Source: Chloroflexota bacterium (GTDB lineage: Bacteria > Chloroflexota > UBA11872 > VXOZ01). Taken from it: a DNA stretch of 64,000 nt. The stretch is from the NCBI GenBank assembly GCA_963663275.1, contig OY760183.1:3467183-3531182 (forward strand). The letters are read 5' to 3'. This document shows, piece after piece, positions 39,714 through 49,067 of the stretch. The position numbers were made by a program, and so were the translations under genes. How positions within the stretch are numbered: the first letter of the stretch is position 1; each line of letters begins with the position of its first letter. The notes beneath the pieces are model-generated. The model did not search any database. It saw nothing but the letters and a program-made list of their open reading frames with translations, and was not told where the DNA came from.

Positions 39714-41030
39714 TCAGACGACGTCCTGCGCGATGAGGTCCTCGTACGATTCGCGGCGCCGCATCAGGGTCGCCGCGCCCTCCGACGCCATGACGATGGC
39801 GGGGCGGCCGTTCATGTTGTAGACGCTGGCCATGGAGGGGGCGTACGCGCCGGACGCGGGGATGGCGATGATGTCGTTCGCGCGCACGGGAGCGAGGGAG
39901 GCGTCGTGGATCAGTACGTCGCCGGACTCGCAGTACTTCCCGGCGATGGTGACGGTCTCCGTGGCTTCGTCGCCGGCGCGGTTGGCGACGTTGGCGATGT
40001 AGCGCGAGCCGTAGAGCGCGGGGCGGATGTTGTCGCCCATGCCGCCGTCCACGGAGACGTAGGTGCGGACGCCGGGCACCTCCTTGATGGCGCCGACGGT
40101 GTAGACGGCGACCCCGGCAGGGCCGGCGAGCGAGCGTCCGGGCTCGATGGTCAGCTCGGGCCGGGGCAGCCCGTTGGCCGTGCAGCCGTCCGTGAGCGCG
40201 CCGACGATGGCCTCGGCGTAGTCGTCTATCGCGGGGGGCTCGTCGTCCTCTGTGTAGGCGATGGCGAAGCCGCCGCCGGGACTGAAGCGGCGCATGTCGA
40301 GGCCGTATTCGCCCATGCGCGCCGCGAACCGCAGCACCCGCTCGATCGCCTCGGTGTACGGCTCCAGTTCGAAGATGGGCGAGCCGAGGTGGAAGTGGAT
40401 GCCCTGCATGTCCAGGTTGGGCGCGGCCATCACCTGCCGGACCGCCTCCTCGGCGTCGCCGGTCTCGATGGGGAAGCCGAACTTGCTGTCGAGCACACCT
40501 GTGGTGGTGAGGCGGTGGGTGTGCGGGTCGATGGAGGGCGAGACCCTGATGAGGACGGGCTGCCTGCGTCCGACCGCGCCAGCCGCTTCGTTCAGCAGGC
40601 GCAGTTCGTGGAAGCTGTCTATCACGAAGGTCCCAACGCCCCAGGCGACTCCCTGTGCGATCTCCTCGGGCGTCTTGTTGTTGCCGTGGAAGTCGACGGC
40701 GGCGAGGTTGACGCCCGCGGCGCGGAGCACGGCGACCTCGCCGCCCGACACCACGTCGAAACCGAGTCCGAGGCCCGCGAGGTAGCGCGCGAGCGGGACG
40801 TTGATGAACGCCTTGCAGGCGTAGACGACGCGGCTCTCGGGGTAGCGCGAGCGGAAGGCGTCCAGGAAGCCCTCCGCCTGGTTGCGGAGCGTCGCCTCGT
40901 CGAACACGTAGAGGGGCGTGCCGAACTCGCGGGCGAGCGCGGTGACGTCGCAGCCGCCGACCTCGAGGTGGCCGTCATCGTTGACGGCGGTGGTGATGGG
41001 GAAGACTTTCGATTGCAGGGGGACGGACAT
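39714..41030 (-). CDS. lysA: Diaminopimelate decarboxylase
   Basis: GTPLYV, YACKAF, DVVSGGE, HGNNK, EPGRS and GKYCESGD. Confidence 0.95.
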   Translation of the reverse strand: MSVPLQSKVFPITTAVNDDGHLEVGGCDVTALAREFGTPLYVFDEATLRNQAEGFLDAFRSRYPESRVVYACKAFINVPLARYLAGLGLGFDVVSGGEVAVLRAAGVNLAAVDFHGNNKTPEEIAQGVAWGVGTFVIDSFHELRLLNEAAGAVGRRQPVLIRVSPSIDPHTHRLTTTGVLDSKFGFPIETGDAEEAVRQVMAAPNLDMQGIHFHLGSPIFELEPYTEAIERVLRFAARMGEYGLDMRRFSPGGGFAIAYTEDDEPPAIDDYAEAIVGALTDGCTANGLPRPELTIEPGRSLAGPAGVAVYTVGAIKEVPGVRTYVSVDGGMGDNIRPALYGSRYIANVANRAGDEATETVTIAGKYCESGDVLIHDASLAPVRANDIIAIPASGAYAPSMASVYNMNGRPAIVMASEGAATLMRRRESYEDLIAQDVV

Positions 41031-41179
41031 GGGGTTCTCCTGTGAGTGGTCGCGGGTTAAGTATGCCGCCTCGCGCCGCCGCGCGCCATCGGCGGGAGGG
41101 GTCCTCACCGCTCATGGCGACCCGTCGACTATCCCCCGCGCCCTTCGTCTCGACACACAGTGCAACCCCGGGACCGGGC

Positions 41180-42229
41180 TTAGTCGCCCATGGCCCCGCC
41201 GATGTCCCTGCGCTTGAATATCCAGGAAGTCGCTGCAACGAAGAAGACGGTATATGCGAGGACGGTCACGAAGGCCTCGCTCGTTTCCGAAGAACCTTCG
41301 CCGACCGGCGTGGCTGTCCAGGCGCGGAAGCCCTGAATCAGAAGCCGGTCCGCGGCATTGGCAAGCGTGTCGCTGAGGTTGAGAAGCGGCGCGGCGATGG
41401 ATTCGACGATGAAATACCCGACTGAGAGCGCTATCCCCAGACCGCGAGAAGACGTAAGCACGGTGGCGAAGGCGCTGAGCGCTATGAATGGCAGGAATCC
41501 ATAGATGCTCTTGAACGAGATGATGGCCACGTCGGACCACTTACCGGCATCGACGAGCCCTCCCGTCTCGTCCGGGGAGAGCAGACCGGCTGCCAGGCTG
41601 GACGCAACGGATACCGCTGCGATGACGGTGAGTACGCCGGCGCATAGGCACAGGAGCAGAAGGAGTTTCGCGGAGAGGAATCTCCACCGTCCGATGCCTC
41701 CGGCGAGGACCGTCCGCAGGGTGCCCCACCCGTATTCAGATCCCACGAGGGAAGCCGTGAGGATCATGATGAGCAGGAGGCCTATCGCAACGGGGCCCAG
41801 TGAAGAAAACCCGGAGATGCTTGCGGTCATGCTGTTCGGCAGTGTGAAACCCCTGCGAAGCTCCTCGGCGGATTGGAAGTTGTCGCATGTCCCGTCGGCA
41901 AGCCATTCGTCCACATTCTTCCAGTACTCCTGCAGCCGCTCTTCAGGGATCTGATCAAGGCCTGTTGGGACTCGGCCCCTCACCGCATCCGCGCAGGTCA
42001 TCGTCACCGAGACCTCCCGGCCTTCCTCTTCCCATGAGACGCTGTAAGAAGCGAAGGCGCCGGTGACGACCTGTTGCACCGTGTCGTTGTGGTAGGCCAG
42101 ATAGTTGGTCCAGATGCCCATTTGCGAGATCAGCACGGCTACCGCGAGCAGGACCCACGGCATCCGGAGCCGCCGGAGCTTGAACCACTCCCATCTTGTG
42201 AGACGGAGGACTTCCTGTATCGGCATCAT
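41180..42229 (-). CDS. ABC-2 type permease
   Basis: WEWFKL, GSEYGWGTLR and FLSAK; multiple TM segments. Confidence 0.85.
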   Translation of the reverse strand: MMPIQEVLRLTRWEWFKLRRLRMPWVLLAVAVLISQMGIWTNYLAYHNDTVQQVVTGAFASYSVSWEEEGREVSVTMTCADAVRGRVPTGLDQIPEERLQEYWKNVDEWLADGTCDNFQSAEELRRGFTLPNSMTASISGFSSLGPVAIGLLLIMILTASLVGSEYGWGTLRTVLAGGIGRWRFLSAKLLLLLCLCAGVLTVIAAVSVASSLAAGLLSPDETGGLVDAGKWSDVAIISFKSIYGFLPFIALSAFATVLTSSRGLGIALSVGYFIVESIAAPLLNLSDTLANAADRLLIQGFRAWTATPVGEGSSETSEAFVTVLAYTVFFVAATSWIFKRRDIGGAMGD

Positions 42230-43380
42230 GCGTTCTCCGGTCTTTCTTCCCGGGCGTTGGTGACTTCGAGGAAGTATCGTTCCAGGGCGCCGCGACCCGG
42301 GTTTGCCTCGATCACGTAGACGCCCGAGCGTCCGAGGGCCGTGGAGACCAGCGCTGACCTGTCGCTTGGAGCGGATACGACGATTACGCCGTTCTCCGTC
42401 TGCACGTCTTCGATCCAGTCCAGCTCGGAGAGGATTGCCACGGCCTTCTCGTCGTCGGTGGTACTGAGCCGGATCTGATTTCCAGATTGGAGGATCTCTG
42501 AAACGCCCCCTTGGGCGATGAGCGTTCCCTTGGACATGATGGCCACGCTGTCGCACACCTGCTCGACCTCATTGAGCAGGTGACTCGCCATGAGCACCGT
42601 TCTCCCGTCTGCACAGAGTTCGCGGATCAGGTGGCGGACTTCGGCCATGCCCGCAGGGTCCATGCCATTCGTGGGTTCATCGAGGAAGAGCACCTCAGGG
42701 CCGCCGAGAAGGGCAAAGGCAAGGCCCAGGCGCTGCTTCATGCCGAGCGAGTACGTGCTGAAGCGTTTGTCCCCGCTGTCTGCGAGCCCGACCCTGTCGA
42801 GCAAGCCGTCGATGTCTTCCGGTGCGCCCCGTTCGAAGATGCCTTGGAAGTAGAGAAGGTTCTCTCGACCGGTGAGGTAGGGGTAGAAGGATGGATACTC
42901 GATGATCGCGCCCACGCGGCGCAGGGACTCTTCGAGCCCGGCGGTAGAGCCGAAGAGGCTGAAGGTGCCGGAGGTCGGCCGCACCAACCCAAGCAGCATC
43001 CCCATCGTGGTTGTCTTCCCTGATCCATTCGGACCAAGCAGCGCGAAGGCGTGGCCGTGCGGGACGGACATTGAGAGGCCGTCCACAGCCGCGATACTCC
43101 CGTAGACCTTGGTAAGCGCCTCGGTCTCTATGATGGGCCTGTCCTTGCTCATGCCGAACCCTCCTGCGTGTTCCCTGATAGCAGAAGCCGCAAGGTCGAA
43201 GAGCAACTGCGTCCATATGACCAGCCTTCGCAGACCTCTGCCGTCGCAACGCATCCTGTCGCGGAAGAACTGCAGCATCAGCTCTCCGTACTCTCGCCGG
43301 AATTCCCTCGGGTACACCACGAGGAGCACCCGGTACACGCCTTCAGAGAACATGTCGGATCCCTCGCCTCCGGACGACAT
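42226..43380 (-). CDS. ABC transporter ATP-binding protein with an N-terminal YPxxFR extension
   Basis: GPNGSGKTT, YSLGMKQRL and LDEPTNG; the ATPase core starts at ~43152. Confidence 0.88.
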   Translation of the reverse strand: MSSGGEGSDMFSEGVYRVLLVVYPREFRREYGELMLQFFRDRMRCDGRGLRRLVIWTQLLFDLAASAIREHAGGFGMSKDRPIIETEALTKVYGSIAAVDGLSMSVPHGHAFALLGPNGSGKTTTMGMLLGLVRPTSGTFSLFGSTAGLEESLRRVGAIIEYPSFYPYLTGRENLLYFQGIFERGAPEDIDGLLDRVGLADSGDKRFSTYSLGMKQRLGLAFALLGGPEVLFLDEPTNGMDPAGMAEVRHLIRELCADGRTVLMASHLLNEVEQVCDSVAIMSKGTLIAQGGVSEILQSGNQIRLSTTDDEKAVAILSELDWIEDVQTENGVIVVSAPSDRSALVSTALGRSGVYVIEANPGRGALERYFLEVTNAREERPENA

Positions 43381-43726
43381 TCGCCTGCCTTGTCCTTGCA
43401 GTGCGGGCGAGTTGCTCTAAACGGACCACCTCGGCATCGAGGACGCGGGCGCCCAAGTCGGTCAGGCGGTAGTAACGTCGACGTTCGTCGTCTAATGCGG
43501 GGTCTGGCCGTTCGGAGCTCTCTTCGATCAGCCCGGCCTTCAGCATCTGCTTGACGGCCCCGTACAGCGTGCCCGGACCCATGGTGACCGCGCCGCCGGT
43601 GAACGCTTCGATCTCCTTCATGATGGCGTAGCCGTGATTGTCCCCGGTGGCCAGGGCGAGCAGGATGTGCAACTGAGAGGTCGGCAAGGGGAGCATCTCA
43701 GGGGTCAGTCGAGTCGGCGTTGTCAC
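43343..43726 (-). CDS. PadR family transcriptional regulator
   Basis: ILLAL...HGYAIMKE...GPGTLY...RRRYYRLTDLG. Confidence 0.92.
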   Translation of the reverse strand: MTTPTRLTPEMLPLPTSQLHILLALATGDNHGYAIMKEIEAFTGGAVTMGPGTLYGAVKQMLKAGLIEESSERPDPALDDERRRYYRLTDLGARVLDAEVVRLEQLARTARTRQANVVRRRGIRHVL

Positions 43727-43782
43727 TGTGGTCCTGCCAGGAGTTCCCGTTCGTTCACTGCAACGAAGTATAACGTCTGCCG

Positions 43783-43820
43783 CTATACCGTCTATCGATA
43801 TAGCATACACCGATATATAT
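43783..43820. promoter_or_regulatory. Candidate PadR operator palindrome
   Basis: CTATAcCG-N5-CGaTATAG imperfect inverted repeat upstream of padR, followed by a second CGATATA half-site. Confidence 0.5.
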
Positions 43821-43878
43821 GTCAATGCCCTCCTCATGGAGGGATAATGCCCCCGACAAGTTGCCGCCAGGAGAAGCC

Positions 43879-44427
43879 ATGCCACGCATCGAGATGATTA
43901 CCGACAAGGGCCAGATCCCCGAGGACCGGCACGCCGAGTTCGACGCGATCGTCGAAACGCTTCACGGGGTGCGCGGGCCTTTCGCCGTCCTCATGCACAG
44001 CCCCGGCCTCGCCCGGAAAGTCATGGAGGCCGGCGCGCAGGTCCGGTTGGGCTCGACGCTCAGCCCGGTCGAGCGCGAACTGGCCATCATCGCCGTCGCC
44101 AGGGAGAAGGACGCGACCTACGAGTGGGCCGCGCACGTGAGAGCCGGACGCGCCGCCGGCATGCGGGAAGAGGCCATCGAAGCCGTCAGGCACAGGCAGG
44201 ACACCGGCGGCCTTGAAGAGGACGAGCGTGACATCATCGAGTTCGTACGGCAACTCCTGCGGAACAACAAGGTCGAGCAAGACCTCTTCGACGCGCTGGA
44301 GGGCCGCAAGGGCGTCCGATGGCTCGTCGAACTCGCTGCCACCGTCGGTCAGTACCAGTACATCTCGGCGATCAATACCGCGTTCGGCGTCGTTGCGGCC
44401 CCGGACGCGGACCAGCTCCCCGTCTGA
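43879..44427 (+). CDS. Carboxymuconolactone decarboxylase / AhpD-like protein
   Basis: GPF..LMHSP, RELAI, YEWAAH...GR.AG. Confidence 0.85.
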   Translation: MPRIEMITDKGQIPEDRHAEFDAIVETLHGVRGPFAVLMHSPGLARKVMEAGAQVRLGSTLSPVERELAIIAVAREKDATYEWAAHVRAGRAAGMREEAIEAVRHRQDTGGLEEDERDIIEFVRQLLRNNKVEQDLFDALEGRKGVRWLVELAATVGQYQYISAINTAFGVVAAPDADQLPV

Positions 44428-44522
44428 GGCGCTCCGGCCCCGCTCAACATGACATGACTCGTCATGCGGCGCCGTGCTGCGTTGCGCTAGAATCCCGCCA
44501 TCCGTTCGAGGGAGGAACGAAC

Positions 44523-45581
44523 ATGAAGGCAGCGGTGATGCAGGGCGTCGACTGGGACCTCGTGATCGAGGACTTCGAGACGCCGGACGTTGACGACGAC
44601 GACGTGCTGCTCGAAGTGACGGCGTGCGGCGTCTGCCACACGGACCTGAAGGTGCAGGACGGATCGATACCCACTTCGCTGCCCGCCGTGCTGGGGCACG
44701 AAGTCTCCGGCGTGGTCGTGGGCACGGGCAAGAACCAGCGGGACCACTTCAAGGACGGCGACAGCGTGACGGTGGGCATGCGCTTCCGCTGCGGGCGCTG
44801 CGAATACTGCATGACCGGGCTGTCGAACCTCTGCCAGCAGATGCCGCTCGGCTCGCCGTACCGCAGGGCGGGCGGGGAGACGGTGACGCGCTGGAACGTC
44901 GGCGGCTTCACGCAGCTGCTGTCGGTGCCGGCGTACATGGTGTTCCACCTGCCGGACGGCGTGGGGCTGGAGGAGTCGTGCATCGTGGGCTGCCGGGTGA
45001 CGACCGCCTACAACGCGGTGAAGAACGGCGCGCACCTCGCGCCGGGCGAGTCGGCGATGGTCATCGGGTGCGGCGGCGTGGGGCTGAACATCATCCAGAT
45101 GCTGCGGCTGTTCGGCGCGTACCCCATCGTCGCGGTGGACGTGGTCGGCAGCAAGCTGGAGGCGGCGATCTCCTACGGCGCGTCCCACATCGTGAACGCG
45201 GCCTCCGACGACCCGGTGGAGGCGACGAAGGAGATCACGAAGGGCGGCGCGCGCAAGACGTTCGAGGCGATCGGCAACCCGGTGACCGCCGACCAGATCG
45301 TGCGGGCGACGCGCCCGACGGGCACGGCCACCATCGTCGGCGCGATGCCGCCGGGCCCCATCACCATCAACGACTCGCGCTTCCCGTTCAAGGAGATCAA
45401 GGTGACGGGCGTGGCGATGCGCCGGACGAGCGACGTGACCGAGGTGCTCGACCTCGTGTCGCAGGGTCGCATCGAGCTCGGCTCGTTCATCACGAAGAGG
45501 TACGGGTTCGAGCAGATCAACGAGGCGATCGAGGACGTGCACCACGGCAACGTGCTGATGGGCATCACGCTGTGGAATTAA
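44523..45581 (+). CDS. Zn-dependent alcohol dehydrogenase
   Basis: CGVCHTD, LGHE, CGRCEYC...C and GCGGVG. Confidence 0.93.
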   Translation: MKAAVMQGVDWDLVIEDFETPDVDDDDVLLEVTACGVCHTDLKVQDGSIPTSLPAVLGHEVSGVVVGTGKNQRDHFKDGDSVTVGMRFRCGRCEYCMTGLSNLCQQMPLGSPYRRAGGETVTRWNVGGFTQLLSVPAYMVFHLPDGVGLEESCIVGCRVTTAYNAVKNGAHLAPGESAMVIGCGGVGLNIIQMLRLFGAYPIVAVDVVGSKLEAAISYGASHIVNAASDDPVEATKEITKGGARKTFEAIGNPVTADQIVRATRPTGTATIVGAMPPGPITINDSRFPFKEIKVTGVAMRRTSDVTEVLDLVSQGRIELGSFITKRYGFEQINEAIEDVHHGNVLMGITLWN

Positions 45582-45656
45582 GACCAGGGCCAGGGCTGCG
45601 GGATTCCCGCCTGCGCGGGAATGACGGGTAAGATTGAACGGCGAAAGGAGGGCGGC

Positions 45657-46454
45657 ATGACACAGGCGTTCGGAGCGTACGGGCTAGGCACGGCGAAAGG
45701 CATCGGGGAGCACCTCGCCTTCCTGGAGCCGACGCCCAAGCGGATCCGCGCGACGTTCGGCGGCGAGACGATCGTCGACAGCAGGCACGCGGTCCTCATG
45801 TACGAGACGCGGCACCAGCCGGTCTACTACTTCCCGATGGCCGACGTGCGGATGGACCTGCTGGAGGAGACCGACAAGAGCACCTTCTGACCGATCAAGG
45901 GAGACGCTCAGTACTGGAGCGTCAAGGTCGGCGACCGGGTGGAGGAGAACGCGGTCTGGGCATACCAGGAGCCGTTGGAAGGCTGCCTGGACGCGCGGGA
46001 CTACGTGGCGTTCTACTGGAACAGGATGGACGGCTGGTTCGAGGAGGAGGAAGAGGTCTTCATCGGCCCGAAGGACCCGTACACGCGCGTCGACTGCCTG
46101 CGAAGTTCGCGCCACGTGCGCGTGGAGTTGAACGGCGTCACCGTCGCGGAGACGGACAGCCCCGTGATGCTGCTGGAGACCGGGCTGCCGCACCGCTACT
46201 ACATCCCCGGCAAGGACGTGCGGAAGGAGCTGCTGCGCCCGAGCGAGCGCGTGCTGGGCTCCACGTACAAGGGGCTGGCGGGCTACTTCCACGCGGACGT
46301 GGGCGGCGAGACGTTCGAGGACGTGGCGTGGACGTACCGCGACCCGACCGCGGAGTGCGCGAAGATCACGGGGTACGTCTGCTTCCCGCAGGGCAAGGCG
46401 GACGTGTACGTGGACGGCGAACTGGAGCCGAAGCCCAACACGAGGTGGGATTAG
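45657..46454 (+). CDS. Double-DUF427 protein with in-frame UGA (putative selenocysteine) at 45888-45890
   Basis: YET...PVYYFP..DV...T.F-TGA-PIKGDAQYW (family motif T.CP.KG.A.Y). The frame continues to 46454, a hairpin follows the TGA, and there is a GAAAGGAGG RBS. Confidence 0.85.
45891..45931 (+). promoter_or_regulatory. Putative bacterial SECIS element
   Basis: Lower stem CCGATC/GGTCGG, upper stem GACGCTC/GAGCGTC, and a small G-first apical loop (GTAC) 20 nt after the UGA. Confidence 0.72.
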
Positions 46455-46460
46455 CGGGCC

Positions 46461-47312
46461 CTACTCCTCGAACTCGCCGCGCAGTTCGCGGTAGAGGCGG
46501 GACATGAGCGGCGGGAGGCGGTCCTCCTGCCGTCCCCACCCGGAGAACGGGCCGAGGTCGAGCGACGCCAGCGCCTCCTCCTCGGAGTGGCCCTGCGCGA
46601 AACTGCGCTTGCCCTGCTCCGTGATGCGCAGCAGGCACTCGCGCATCTCGGCCATGTCGGCGCGCGTCCCCAGCGGCCCGTGCCCCGGCACCACGACGTC
46701 GCACTCGACCTGCGCCGCACGGTCGGCGGTGTCCGCCCACGCGAGCGGGAAGCCGTCGCGCGCGTTCGGGATGTACCGGTGGAAGGAGAGGTCGCCCGCG
46801 AACAGCACGCCCTCCGTCGGCAGGTAGACGGCGATGTCGCCGCGCGTGTGCGCTCTGCCGAAGAAGCGCAGCTCGACGGGCCGCTCGCCGAGATGGAGCG
46901 TGAGGGTGTCGCTGAACGTGAGGTTGGGGGGCGTCTGCGGCAGGTCGCGCCACTCCTCGTAGAGCGCGGGGTAGAGGTCGCGCAGGAACGCGCGGTGCGT
47001 ATCCCACTCGGCGGCGAGGTCGTCGCGGCAGGTGTCGTGTGCGACGATGGGCGCCTGCGGCATGAGCGCGTTGCCGAAGAGGTGGTCGCCGTGCCAGTGC
47101 GTGTTCACGACGTAGCGCACGGGTTTGTCGGTCACGCGGCGCGCCTCGGCGAGCAGCCGCTCCGCGAGCGCGGGCGTCATGAGCGTGTCGATGATGACGA
47201 CGCCCTCCTCCTCGACGAGGAAGCCCGCGTCCGTCGCGCCGCCCGCCTGGATGAATGCGTACGCGCCGGGGGCGACCTCGATGGCGCCGGTCTGGTAATC
47301 GCCCTGCGTCAT
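46461..47312 (-). CDS. MBL-fold metallo-hydrolase (cyclase-like)
   Basis: NTHWHGDHLFGN, AHTRGD, FAGDL and VPGHG. Confidence 0.88.
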   Translation of the reverse strand: MTQGDYQTGAIEVAPGAYAFIQAGGATDAGFLVEEEGVVIIDTLMTPALAERLLAEARRVTDKPVRYVVNTHWHGDHLFGNALMPQAPIVAHDTCRDDLAAEWDTHRAFLRDLYPALYEEWRDLPQTPPNLTFSDTLTLHLGERPVELRFFGRAHTRGDIAVYLPTEGVLFAGDLSFHRYIPNARDGFPLAWADTADRAAQVECDVVVPGHGPLGTRADMAEMRECLLRITEQGKRSFAQGHSEEEALASLDLGPFSGWGRQEDRLPPLMSRLYRELRGEFEE

Positions 47313-48250
47313 GCCCGCAACTCCGGCACGACCTTGGCGCTCAGCAGGTCGACGGTGCGCTGTACGTCGGCGAGGCTTCGCGCCTGCGGGAGGAAGACGA
47401 AGTGGCTCACGCCCGCCTCCGCGTACTCCGCGAGCGTCGCTGCGATCTGCTGCGGCTCGCCGGTGAGCGCGCCGCGCTTCTCCGCACCCGCGAGGTCCGG
47501 CTCGCTCCGCAGGTCGACGAGCACCCGGAGCGAGAGCGCGACCGCGTTGTCGCCGCGTCCGTGGGCCGCCGCCTCCTCGTTCATGGCGCGGTGCGCCTCC
47601 GCGAGCGCCTGGGGCGTCGTGGCGAACAGCGGCGGGAACCAGGCGTCGCCGTACTTCGCGGCGCGGCGCATCACCGGTTTGCTGTGGCCGCCGACCCAGA
47701 TGGGCGGGTGGGGCGTCTGCGCGGGGTGCGGGTAGGACTCGACGCCCTGCACGTCGAAGAAACGCCCCTCGAAGCGCACCTCCGGCTCCGTCCAAGCCGC
47801 GCGCACGAGGCGGAGGCTCTCGTCGAGCACAGCGCCGCGCCGGTCGAAGTCGAGGCCGAGCGCGTCGAACTCCTCGCGGAGCCAGCCCGCCGCGACGCCG
47901 AGGATGCTCCGTCCGCCGGAGAGCACGTCCAGCGTCGCCGTCGTCTTGGCCGCCGCGAGGGGGTGGCGCAGGGGGAGCAGCGTGACCGCCGTGCCGAGCT
48001 TCACCCGCGACGTGAACCCCGCCACCCAGGCGAGCGTCGTGAACTGGTCGAGGAAGGGCAGCCCGGGCGCGATGAGGAACTCGCCGTCGGCGCTGTAGGG
48101 ATAGGTGGAGGTGTGGCTGGTCGGGAGCACGACGTGGTCGGCTGCCCAGACGGAGTCGAGGCCGGACGCCTCGGCCTGCCCGGCGACGAGCCGCACGGCT
48201 GAGGGGTCGTCCATGCCGATGGTGGGGAGCGACACGCCGAACTCAATCAT
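47309..48250 (-). CDS. LLM-class (probably F420-dependent) oxidoreductase
   Basis: SVWAADHVVLP....YPY, ATLDVLSGGR, GWLREEF and PPIWVGG. Confidence 0.88.
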   Translation of the reverse strand: MIEFGVSLPTIGMDDPSAVRLVAGQAEASGLDSVWAADHVVLPTSHTSTYPYSADGEFLIAPGLPFLDQFTTLAWVAGFTSRVKLGTAVTLLPLRHPLAAAKTTATLDVLSGGRSILGVAAGWLREEFDALGLDFDRRGAVLDESLRLVRAAWTEPEVRFEGRFFDVQGVESYPHPAQTPHPPIWVGGHSKPVMRRAAKYGDAWFPPLFATTPQALAEAHRAMNEEAAAHGRGDNAVALSLRVLVDLRSEPDLAGAEKRGALTGEPQQIAATLAEYAEAGVSHFVFLPQARSLADVQRTVDLLSAKVVPELRA

Positions 48251-48324
48251 GGGGTGCATGGTACAGGACGAGGCGTCGCCCGCGTATACTTGCGCGGCAT
48301 CCTTGACCGTACGGAGGCGCACCG

Positions 48325-49056
48325 ATGGCGCTCGACCCGAGAGACTTTCTCGCCGAGATGCAGCAGTTGCAGGAGCGGAAGCACAGCCGCAAGCACCCGC
48401 TGTTCGACATGATCGAGGAGGGCAGGCTCACGCGCCCGCAGCTCAACGGCTTCATCAAGCAGTTCTACCTGCTCTTCCCCAAGCCGTTCCCGAAGCCGAT
48501 CGCGGCGATGTTCGCCCGCGCTCCGCAGGACACGGAACTCGAGCGCATGTGGTTCGAGAACCTCTCGGAGGAGGCCGAGGGCGGCGAGACCGGCACCGCG
48601 GGCCACAAGGAGCTGTACATCCGCTTCGCCGAGGCCGCCGGCATCCCTCGCGACGAACTCAACGCGACCCAGCCGCTGCCGGAGACGCGGGGCCTGCTCA
48701 ACTGGCGCGAGTTGCTCATCGGCCAGCGCTCGTGGCTGGAGCTGTACGCGTCGCAGGGGTTGGCGCTGGAGGGCACGGCCAGCGGTCGGATGCACCGCGT
48801 GGTCAACGGCCTCGTCGACCACTACGGCTTCGAGCGCGACAGCGACGACATCCTGTACTGGACGCTGCACATGTCGGTCGACGAGGAGCACATGAAGGTG
48901 GGCCCGTACGTCATTGAGAAGTACGCGGTGAGCGACTTGGAACAGCAGTCGGTGCGGGAGTCGCTGAACGCGACGCTCGACATCTTCTGGCTGGTCTACG
49001 ACGGCATCGTGCGCGCCTTCGTGGACGAGGACCCGCTGTACGAGGAGTGGCGGTAG
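48325..49056 (+). CDS. PqqC/TenA/CADD-like (heme-oxygenase-like) redox protein
   Basis: HPLF, ENLSEE...H.ELY, E...YWTLH...DEEH putative metal ligands. Confidence 0.82.
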   Translation: MALDPRDFLAEMQQLQERKHSRKHPLFDMIEEGRLTRPQLNGFIKQFYLLFPKPFPKPIAAMFARAPQDTELERMWFENLSEEAEGGETGTAGHKELYIRFAEAAGIPRDELNATQPLPETRGLLNWRELLIGQRSWLELYASQGLALEGTASGRMHRVVNGLVDHYGFERDSDDILYWTLHMSVDEEHMKVGPYVIEKYAVSDLEQQSVRESLNATLDIFWLVYDGIVRAFVDEDPLYEEWR

Positions 49057-49067
49057 GGGGTACCCCC

